IMG/VR virus record: IMGVR_UViG_3300020440_000010
Coordinates: 1 to 64,000 of that record
Strand: one strand, 5' to 3'
From: a virus
Lineage: Duplodnaviria; Caudoviricetes
Length of the DNA stretch: 64,000 nt
Part shown: in pieces, positions 29,203-36,451 of the stretch
Layout of the letters: each line of letters opens with the position of its first letter
Position numbering within the stretch: the first letter of the stretch is position 1
The notes under the pieces: model-generated
What the model was told of the DNA's origin: nothing
Seen by the model: the letters and a program-made list of their open reading frames with translations, nothing else
The model's database searches: none
Made by a program: the position numbers and the translations under genes

Positions 29203-29415
29203 TTTTTTCTCCTATGTATTGGATGCTTAAGGAAAGCAATACCCCCTGTCTTTTCAGGGCGTCAGTGGTCTTTTCCACCGTCAATGCCACTTTGGGCATC
29301 GTCAATTGCTGTTTAAGGAGTGCTCTCAACTCCCCAGTCTCTCCTGGTGTATGTGTGTGTCGTAGTTGTCAGGCCTCTACTGGAACGTAAAAGTCTTTGC
29401 ACTGCAACATTCGTA
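29203..29415 (-). ncRNA. Putative structured RNA or cis-regulatory leader with three repeated UGACG-stem-AAAG hairpins
   Basis: GC-rich island. Closing stem AGCAAU/AUUGCU (29235-29310) encloses 3 hairpins, with further hairpins upstream; promoter directly 5'. Confidence 0.6.
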
Positions 29416-29454
29416 TTTATATACTACTATAACATTTCGCCTTAAAAAGGTCAA
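29414..29454 (-). promoter_or_regulatory. Composite promoter: TTGACC-N17-TATAGT plus late-type TATAAATA
   Basis: -35 at 29449-29454, -10 at 29426-29431, TATAAATA at 29414-29421. Confidence 0.7.
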
Positions 29455-29544
29455 GTTTTTATTTGAGAGGATGTGTTAAATTTTTTTTACAATTATTATA
29501 AAGGAGTTTTATTTTGCGATGATAAGTTCTAAATAATTGTGACT

Positions 29545-29790
29545 ATGATGGACAAAAAGAAATGGCGAGCAACTAAACGTAAGGCTCCTAAAGTGCCTGA
29601 CGATACTTGTCCAATTATTGACGGTGTGTTAGATAGACTTGATGCTATACACAAAGGAAACAAAAAGCACACACAATTTCAACACGATCAAATAATCAAG
29701 AAAATGGAACAGATTAGAAAAGCCAACGAACAGTTACGTGAAAGCGGACACTATTGGTATGATTTGGCAAAAAGATTCCTTAAACCTTAA
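29545..29790 (+). CDS. Hypothetical protein (start uncertain)
   Basis: APKVPDDTCPIID..MEQIRKANEQLRESG..WY. Confidence 0.65.
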   Translation: MMDKKKWRATKRKAPKVPDDTCPIIDGVLDRLDAIHKGNKKHTQFQHDQIIKKMEQIRKANEQLRESGHYWYDLAKRFLKP

Positions 29791-29863
29791 CGTCTTGTTC
29801 ATTGTGTGTTCATCGCCAATATGCTATATACTATTATAATATTAACCTTAACTGGAGATTGCA

Positions 29864-29941
29864 ATGGCTTGGACAAAACCAATCATTACACAAATCTGTG
29901 TTGGCTTAGAAATTAATTCTTATGCCTGTGCAGAAAAATAG
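29864..29941 (+). CDS. pqqA: PQQ precursor peptide PqqA, 25 aa (not in ORF track): MAWTKPIITQICVGLEINSYACAEK
   Basis: W-x-x-P, the ICVG(L/M)E motif and the E-x-x-x-Y core (EINSY) match alphaproteobacterial PqqA (e.g. Methylobacterium MKWAAPIVSEICVGMEVTSYES..); SD GGAG; AT-rich -10-like sequence upstream. Confidence 0.88.
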   Translation: MAWTKPIITQICVGLEINSYACAEK

Positions 29942-29991
29942 TTGACAATTTTGTTATAGATAGTATACTAAAATTGTAATATTATTTTAAC

Positions 29992-30022
29992 GGAGCCAAC
30001 CTTAGGGAAGGCTCCTTTTTTT
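29992..30022 (+). terminator. Intrinsic terminator GGAGCC..GGCTCC plus T7
   Basis: 6-bp GC stem with an inner CC-TTAG-GG helix, followed by 7 T; 50 nt after the pqqA stop. Confidence 0.75.
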
Positions 30023-30037
30023 ATGAAAGGAGTTGTT

Positions 30038-30238
30038 ATGCATAGTACAAAACAATCAATGGACTGGCATATACAAGAAGTTTTAACCTGTGAACTGTTA
30101 CGAGTAGATCCTAATAATGAAATGCTTGAAAAGTTTTTGGGTATGCAAAATCATTTTGGTGCAGAAATGCGTAAAATAAAAAAGTTTTATGAAGAACAAG
30201 GTAAATGGCCGCCTAGAGAGCCTGGGAGTTTATGCTAA
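30038..30238 (+). CDS. Hypothetical protein
   Basis: SD AAGGAG favours ATG 30038 over 30023. Confidence 0.6.
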   Translation: MHSTKQSMDWHIQEVLTCELLRVDPNNEMLEKFLGMQNHFGAEMRKIKKFYEEQGKWPPREPGSLC

Positions 30239-30426
30239 TGAAAACTTATACTTTAGAATTTGTGTTGTTTGGCTGGTTGGCTTATAACATAGCAATAGAA
30301 ATAGTAAGTTGGTTTGAGCCAGAAGATGAACTACAAGCACCTACGCCTGTGGAAATGTCTCCTGCACAGCAAATACTAGAAGGTGGTACTGACTATCCTA
30401 TTACTGAGGAAAACTCCACAAGTTAA
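30232..30426 (+). CDS. Small membrane-anchored hypothetical protein
   Basis: GGGAG SD; N-terminal hydrophobic helix and acidic tail. Confidence 0.55.
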   Translation: MLMKTYTLEFVLFGWLAYNIAIEIVSWFEPEDELQAPTPVEMSPAQQILEGGTDYPITEENSTS

Positions 30427-31226
30427 ATCTGTGGAGTTTCTAAACCGTCAACTAACTTTTTGATGTGTGTCACATAGTCACCTATGTTATGATCAGTAAA
30501 GTTATCTATCTTACCTTTTTTCAACCCACGCCACATACCACGGAATCTGTCTTTGATTCTTTGGTATCCGGTTGGATTACGTTTGTTACCCCAAGTATTT
30601 AGATAATGTTCTGTGCCGTGATGTCGATATCCCATTATCCATAACGGCACTCTACATACTATATCATTATTGTTTACCCATCTGTGATGTGTGATACCAA
30701 GGCTACTTACATATCCTGGCCAACCCACTCTTGGCGAGCCATATGTGTAAAGTTCCTTAGGATCTAGTGTATCTAAATGTAACAAACATCTCGAAGCCAT
30801 TATAGTTGCCATTGCCGCTCCTAATGAGTGTCCACAAAACCAAAGGTCTTTTTTAGCATTTACAGATCTAAATAAATCTTCAGTGATTGATGGCCAAAGT
30901 TCATCTACTTCTGTTTTAAATCCTGCATGGACTCTGCTTACAGTCTCAGCAATTACAGGCAGTGCATTTGCATCTGCTTGAATGTCATTGTATTCTGTTG
31001 GTTGTGTTCCTCTACAAGCAATTACTATATCATTTTTGTTCATGAATCTGTAACTCTGAGCACCTTTGTTATCGTAATACTCAACTGTGGTAAAGCCTAA
31101 CAGTCTTGCTTGTTTGTGTGCTTTATCCTCTTTTAGGTATGATATCATACTCAATTCAGCAAAAAGCAAACTTCTTTCTTCGAAAGATAGTTCTACTATT
31201 GGTTTTTTTAACTTTGCACTATACAT
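30423..31226 (-). CDS. Class 3 lipase (alpha/beta hydrolase)
   Basis: IACRGT, VHAGF, nucleophile elbow CGHSLGAAMA, YTYGSPRVG, NNDIV, C-terminal DH. Confidence 0.88.
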   Translation of the reverse strand: MYSAKLKKPIVELSFEERSLLFAELSMISYLKEDKAHKQARLLGFTTVEYYDNKGAQSYRFMNKNDIVIACRGTQPTEYNDIQADANALPVIAETVSRVHAGFKTEVDELWPSITEDLFRSVNAKKDLWFCGHSLGAAMATIMASRCLLHLDTLDPKELYTYGSPRVGWPGYVSSLGITHHRWVNNNDIVCRVPLWIMGYRHHGTEHYLNTWGNKRNPTGYQRIKDRFRGMWRGLKKGKIDNFTDHNIGDYVTHIKKLVDGLETPQI

Positions 31227-31292
31227 TGTACCTCCGCGTTCTCTTTACAATATTTACCTGCTATTTCTAATAAATATTAGAGAGGTAGTTAG

Positions 31293-31553
31293 ATGAAACG
31301 CACAACACGAAGTATATTACAAGAATTACATGATATTCAGGCCAAACCCGAGCCTGAAAATGTGGTTGACAGCAGAGCAGTTCATGTTATAGAATCAGCA
31401 ATAAATGTTATTGCTATGATGCATGAAAACTTTGATAATGCTACTGCTAATGATTTGGAGAAGAGATTCATCAACAGTATAAAAAGTGGTGATCCACAGA
31501 AATTTGCTCGTGGCATTAAAAATATAAAAAAGGGCAAACCAGATGCAATTTAA
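31293..31553 (+). CDS. Hypothetical protein
   Basis: TAAATA and GAGG upstream. Confidence 0.7.
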   Translation: MKRTTRSILQELHDIQAKPEPENVVDSRAVHVIESAINVIAMMHENFDNATANDLEKRFINSIKSGDPQKFARGIKNIKKGKPDAI

Positions 31554-32769
31554 AGAACTAATAGCAGAAGAAGCCAAACAAAATAAACACCTAGAACACA
31601 TCGAAGAAGAAATTCTCAATAGAGGATCTGCCGGTGCTGAAGATACAATGAATACTTTGATGCGTTTTTCAGATATGCTAAAAGGTAGATCCAATAAAAA
31701 ATTAAAAGTTACAGTTAAATGGGACGGTGCACCTGCAATAGTGTGTGGTACTGATCCGCAAACAAAAAAATTTTTCGTAAGCACAAAAGGAGCATTTGCT
31801 AACAAACCTAAATTAGCATTTACACAAGAAGATATAGAAAGTATCTTTCCAGACTACCTATGGGATAAATTAGGTCCATGTTTAGAACACTTATCTAAGT
31901 TAGGCATCAAAGGCGTTGTACAAGGCGATCTTATGTTTAATGAAGAAATGAAAAAAGAAACAGAAATAGATGGCAAACAGTACGTGGTATTCAAACCACA
32001 AAAAATTACATACGCATTTCCAATAGACAGTGAAGTAGGCAGACGTATAGTCAACGCAAAGTTAGGAATTATTTTTCATACAAATTATACAGGCGATGCT
32101 ATGAATGACATGGAGGCAGATTTTAACGTAGATGTTTCAGGTTTTAAAAACAACAAAGATGTTTGGTTTGACGATGCAACATTTAAAGATGTGACTGGCA
32201 GTGTCTTACTTACAAAAAGTGAACAAGTTCAAGTGAAACAAGATTTGGCTGACGCAATGGCGGCCTATAAGGCTGTACCAAGCGACTTATTAGAAGCAGT
32301 AAAAAACAATAAAGATTTCGTGGTGTACTGGAAACGTACAGTTAACGATTATGTAAGGGCAAACAAACTACCTGGGGATCCTGATCAGTTCTTAAACGAT
32401 TTCATCGATGTGTATAAGAATGTTATTCAGAAAGGAATTGCTGGATTAAAAAATCAGGATCCTGCCGCCCCTGCTGTAAAATCTAGAATGGACAAACTTG
32501 AAACACAAGTAAACCTAGTCAACGCAAATAGAAAAGGCCTAGCAAACATTATTAGATTTATGAAAGAAGTTTCTAATATTAAGTTGATGTTTATTAGAAA
32601 ACTTAATAATATTGAAAGTGTAGCACAGTTCTACCAAGAGCCAGATGGATCATATACTGCGGCTAATCCAGAAGGATATGTTGCTGTTGATCATATAGGA
32701 AATGCTGTTAAATTTGTAGATAGATTAGAATTTAGCAGACGTAACTTTGGTGAAAAGGACTTTGGCTAA
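31543..32769 (+). CDS. Conserved phage protein (DUF6267-like) with ligase-like KWDG and EGYV motifs
   Basis: VKWDGAPAIVCG, QGDLMF, PEGYVA; N-terminus MQFKELIAEE. Confidence 0.65.
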   Translation: MQFKELIAEEAKQNKHLEHIEEEILNRGSAGAEDTMNTLMRFSDMLKGRSNKKLKVTVKWDGAPAIVCGTDPQTKKFFVSTKGAFANKPKLAFTQEDIESIFPDYLWDKLGPCLEHLSKLGIKGVVQGDLMFNEEMKKETEIDGKQYVVFKPQKITYAFPIDSEVGRRIVNAKLGIIFHTNYTGDAMNDMEADFNVDVSGFKNNKDVWFDDATFKDVTGSVLLTKSEQVQVKQDLADAMAAYKAVPSDLLEAVKNNKDFVVYWKRTVNDYVRANKLPGDPDQFLNDFIDVYKNVIQKGIAGLKNQDPAAPAVKSRMDKLETQVNLVNANRKGLANIIRFMKEVSNIKLMFIRKLNNIESVAQFYQEPDGSYTAANPEGYVAVDHIGNAVKFVDRLEFSRRNFGEKDFG

Positions 32770-33650
32770 TGAGCGAATTTAAGTTCTTTGATTATATAAG
32801 CGAAGGCAAATTAGTTCGCAACGATAGTTTACAACGCATGACATACACAGATGTCTGTGATTTAATTCTATTATATTTTCTTGCTTTACAAACTATGCGT
32901 TTTTATCCAAGCAGTAGGAAATACGTACAGAATTATACCAAAGAAGTGTTGAAATGGAATGATTGGCATTATCATAGAATGAGCGGTAATGACTTGTACA
33001 ACTTATTAAACATTGTAGATGGTGAAGATAGATTAATAGACAAATTAAAAAATCCTAGCAGTGCAAAAACACTAAGGCAAAGAACATATTTTCCTACCCT
33101 TGCTTGTAAAAGATTATTGAGAGATATGAGCAACGGTAAGAATCCTAGTTCAAGTGATGCAAGTGAATTAATGAAAATAAACAATGCACTAAAAAATAGC
33201 AAATACAATTCACAGAGAAGAAGTGTTGCGAATTTTAATACACTATCTAATCAGGATAGAAAGAAAACAATTACAGAAATAGAAATAAGTTTAAAAGCAA
33301 GAGGTAGAACTAGTGATCTACTTGACTATTACATAATGTTTGTTACAGCATATGATCTAGAAAGCGACAGAGCAGTTGATAGAGAGCCAGTGGTAAGTGT
33401 TCCTGATCCTATTGAAGCAGATGTGAAAGATATTAATATGCTAAGGTTACTAGGAGTGCCGACTAAAGATTTACCATTTGCCTACAAAGTTTTAAGCCTA
33501 GCATCGCGTGGCATGGCAATACCTCCTAGGTTTGCAACAGCCTATAAACCTATCATGCAAATAGTAGATGATATTGTAAAAGCAGGTCCGGGATACGTAA
33601 ATCTATTTAAACAAGTGCATAAAAGAGCACAATCTGCCAGAAATCGCTAA
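32769..33650 (+). CDS. Hypothetical protein
   Basis: 293-aa coupled ORF. Confidence 0.75.
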   Translation: MSEFKFFDYISEGKLVRNDSLQRMTYTDVCDLILLYFLALQTMRFYPSSRKYVQNYTKEVLKWNDWHYHRMSGNDLYNLLNIVDGEDRLIDKLKNPSSAKTLRQRTYFPTLACKRLLRDMSNGKNPSSSDASELMKINNALKNSKYNSQRRSVANFNTLSNQDRKKTITEIEISLKARGRTSDLLDYYIMFVTAYDLESDRAVDREPVVSVPDPIEADVKDINMLRLLGVPTKDLPFAYKVLSLASRGMAIPPRFATAYKPIMQIVDDIVKAGPGYVNLFKQVHKRAQSARNR

Positions 33651-33687
33651 AAATCATTATATTATCGGTTTTTTCTTTCTACCATCT

Positions 33688-33695
33688 TATAAATA
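33688..33695 (+). promoter_or_regulatory. T4-late-like promoter TATAAATA
   Basis: Exact octamer upstream of a strongly SD-led gene; also at 46477 and 60628. Confidence 0.65.
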
Positions 33696-33756
33696 CTATT
33701 AAGATTACCTACTGAGCGTAGGAATCGGTCATAAGAGTAAACAAAGGAGAAATAAA

Positions 33757-34143
33757 ATGGCTGGAATCACAAAAACAAATCCAAAAGTAGCGGATATCAT
33801 TGGTGAATTAAGAGCATGGGGTAAAGAAGTTACTATGTTAGCAGTAGACTTCAACGTTGATGCTGATGGTTCAACTTTGGCAATGGAAGCGGCTTTAAAT
33901 CAAATCTCAAGATACGGAAATATCGTAATGGCTGGTGCTGTATACGGTACAGGTCAACAAATTGACTTGATCATCGAAGGCGACCTTGCTGGATCTGATT
34001 ACGTATCTGCTGATGGTACAGTAACTGGTACAGTTGCACAGGCAATGGCAGAAGACCTAATAAACTTAGGTACTGTTGATGGCGTTAACTTTGCAACAGG
34101 TACACCTGCTGTAACTATCAAATCAACTTTACAATTTGCGTAA
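33757..34143 (+). CDS. Probable virion structural protein
   Basis: Late promoter, SD AAGGAG, optimal-looking codons, G/A/T/V-rich, own terminator. Confidence 0.7.
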   Translation: MAGITKTNPKVADIIGELRAWGKEVTMLAVDFNVDADGSTLAMEAALNQISRYGNIVMAGAVYGTGQQIDLIIEGDLAGSDYVSADGTVTGTVAQAMAEDLINLGTVDGVNFATGTPAVTIKSTLQFA

Positions 34144-34169
34144 TTTTTAATTACCGAATTGGTTACACT

Positions 34170-34202
34170 AAAGGGCGATCATTTATTGGTCGCCCTTTTT
34201 TT
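34170..34202 (+). terminator. Intrinsic terminator AAGGGCGATCA-TTTAT-TGGTCGCCCTT plus T-run
   Basis: 11-bp stem with one G.U pair and a long U tract. Confidence 0.85.
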
Positions 34203-34221
34203 ATGGCCACTAAATATTTGT

Positions 34222-34632
34222 ATGCGTATAGTAATAGAAACTCTTGTAGATATAACAAAGTCAGGTGTGAAACGTAAAGGTCAGGGCGACGATGTCAAAT
34301 TGGCTCAGCAAAGCAATTTCAATACCATGCAACAGGTTATTAATATGAGAAGTTTAATAAACGAGAACAGTGATCCTTTTATAACTACAAAGGACATTAC
34401 AGGGCAATTTGGTAACAAATACAAGGGAGAACACAAAGTTTGGACCTATGAATTTACCATTGACAGAGACGGTGTATATGCTACTGATAATGACGATGCA
34501 GGACTACTAAAAGAAGACTTTCAAGGTATACCTATAATAGGCGGACTTACAGAAACAGTGAGTAAACCTAGCACATTTAAGGTAAAAGGTACTACCGATA
34601 AAAATACGTTAATCCAAATATTTGATAAATAA
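34222..34632 (+). CDS. Hypothetical protein (start moved to MRIVIETLVD)
   Basis: The track start crosses the terminator; TAAATA-N5-ATG at 34211-34224. Confidence 0.75.
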   Translation: MRIVIETLVDITKSGVKRKGQGDDVKLAQQSNFNTMQQVINMRSLINENSDPFITTKDITGQFGNKYKGEHKVWTYEFTIDRDGVYATDNDDAGLLKEDFQGIPIIGGLTETVSKPSTFKVKGTTDKNTLIQIFDK

Positions 34633-34695
34633 ATTTGTAAAGGCAAAAAGCAAGGCAATCATAGGCTCCAACGATAATTACCTCTGAGCGAGGAT

Positions 34696-34944
34696 ATGGA
34701 GAATGATATAATGGCAACGGCCAATATAGAAAAAGAAAATTTAGAAGCACACGTAGAACTTTGTCAGCAAAGGTACGAAGTGCTAGAAAGAAGACTAGGT
34801 GGAGTTGAATCTAAGGTTCAGCACATACATGATGACCTAGGCAAATCCCACTCTTCACTGGTAAAAGTGATTATTGGTTCTGCAGGAACAATCATTGCAG
34901 GACTTCTTTCAACAATCGTAGTAATACTCATCAACACACAATAG
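34696..34944 (+). CDS. Coiled-coil protein with a C-terminal TM helix
   Basis: Heptad segment then a hydrophobic C-terminus; the start may be 34711. Confidence 0.7.
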   Translation: MENDIMATANIEKENLEAHVELCQQRYEVLERRLGGVESKVQHIHDDLGKSHSSLVKVIIGSAGTIIAGLLSTIVVILINTQ

Positions 34945-34958
34945 TACTAAATAGTAGT

Positions 34959-35237
34959 ATGAGACTACTAGAACTTTTTAATGACCTTACGGAGAAGCAG
35001 ATCTGGGGACGCACAGGTAAAAAACTAGTGCGTAAGTACAGATGTATGGGTGGTAAACGTCATGGACGTATTGTTTCAAACCCTGCACAATGTTTTGCTC
35101 CACCTAACATTCAACAGAAAATTAGAATGAAGATTACTAGAAAGAAACTAGGTAAAAGAATGGCTATGAGATCTAGACGTACAAAACGTACTAATCCAGC
35201 AAGTAGAGCCTTAAAGCATTTGAATAGAAGAAAATGA
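34959..35237 (+). CDS. Small very basic protein A
   Basis: K/R-rich; RKYRCMGGKRHGRIVSNPAQCFAP. Confidence 0.75.
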   Translation: MRLLELFNDLTEKQIWGRTGKKLVRKYRCMGGKRHGRIVSNPAQCFAPPNIQQKIRMKITRKKLGKRMAMRSRRTKRTNPASRALKHLNRRK

Positions 35238-35566
35238 AGATAGCAGAGTTATTTGAAGCAGATACAATTTTCAAACGTGGTGGCGGTTCAGGCGGAACAC
35301 GTAAAGGTAAAGTGCAATCACGTAAGTTTCGTTGCATGAGTGGTCCACGTAAAGGACGTATTGTTGCAAACGTAAGTACCTGTCATGCGCCTATTAAAGC
35401 AAGTGCTAAACAAAGAATGACAGTTACCAGAGCAAGAGCACCTAAAAAAGCATCATGGAAAGCAAAACTAACTAAAAAAGGATCTGGTGTAAGTAGAACA
35501 GTTGCAAACTTAAATAAAGCAAAAGGTAGTTTGAAACCTAGAAAGATAAAGAAGGCAAGAGCATGA
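35234..35566 (+). CDS. Small very basic protein B, paralogue of A
   Basis: RKFRCMSGPRKGRIVANVSTCHAP. Confidence 0.75.
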   Translation: MKIAELFEADTIFKRGGGSGGTRKGKVQSRKFRCMSGPRKGRIVANVSTCHAPIKASAKQRMTVTRARAPKKASWKAKLTKKGSGVSRTVANLNKAKGSLKPRKIKKARA

Positions 35567-35922
35567 AGATAGTAGAAATAGCACCCATGGCAGTATCAGC
35601 CAAGAAAGCCATGGATCTTAAAAAGATAGCAACCGCCCAGGCTGATGGCCAAAAAACAACTGCTCAAGGATCTACAGGTACAACTGGTACAGTTAAGCCG
35701 GGTGATACAATTGGTAGAAATACTTCTACAAACCAAAATCAAATGGATTTTGTTAGAGGTGATGAATTAGATATACCTAATGTTGATAATCCAAACAAGC
35801 CTGAAAAGTATAAAGTACAAGCAGTGACTGGTAATGATGTTGAACTAGTACCAAAACAGAACAAGCCTGGTATTCCAAAGAGTATTAAGTTTAAGAAGTC
35901 AGATCTGCCCAAGACAGTTTAA
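35563..35922 (+). CDS. Hypothetical protein
   Basis: ATGA coupling. Confidence 0.65.
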   Translation: MKIVEIAPMAVSAKKAMDLKKIATAQADGQKTTAQGSTGTTGTVKPGDTIGRNTSTNQNQMDFVRGDELDIPNVDNPNKPEKYKVQAVTGNDVELVPKQNKPGIPKSIKFKKSDLPKTV

Positions 35923-35941
35923 AAATCCTTTAATTAATAGT

Positions 35942-36430
35942 ATGAAACCCGAAGTCAGAAAACTGGTGGAAAATTTTCGCACCACAGCGAAAAACGTCCA
36001 AAATGAATTAAAAGAAAAAGGATTCATATTACCTGTTGCCCATAATGGAGGCATTAAGTATTATCATCTTTGGGTAAAGAAAAACAGTAAGTTTATGTAT
36101 GATATAAGAAATCTGCATAATCCTAAACTGTTTTACTATCATAATATATGTAATCATAAATTGGCTATTGCTATCATGATATACGAAGCATTGGGCAAGA
36201 AATTTAATGCAAAACACATATTAGACTTGGATGATGCATACGCACACCACTTACAAAATATTAAAATATATAAATACCATAGTAGATTAGCGTCTAAAAG
36301 TGGCAACGTAGACAGATCAGATATAATAGAATCTAGGTGCGATTACCACTATAATGCATTAGAACCACTGAAAACAGAGGTACGTGGCGTTCTAAACGAG
36401 GCTGAAAAACTTATGTTCGACAATAAATAA
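35942..36430 (+). CDS. Hypothetical protein
   Basis: 162-aa ORF; TAATTA-N5-ATG. Confidence 0.7.
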   Translation: MKPEVRKLVENFRTTAKNVQNELKEKGFILPVAHNGGIKYYHLWVKKNSKFMYDIRNLHNPKLFYYHNICNHKLAIAIMIYEALGKKFNAKHILDLDDAYAHHLQNIKIYKYHSRLASKSGNVDRSDIIESRCDYHYNALEPLKTEVRGVLNEAEKLMFDNK

Positions 36431-36451
36431 CAATGTTATAGGGGATAGTAA

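Noticed and set aside
28302-29360. TG/CA-rich tracts and the triple hairpin as a CRISPR or type III antitoxin array
   Set aside because: The units are short, non-identical and lack regular spacers; no cognate nuclease is adjacent.
29124-29390. + strand 88-aa ORF from the track
   Set aside because: It is antisense to a promoter-driven minus-strand operon and structured leader, with no SD; likely a shadow ORF.
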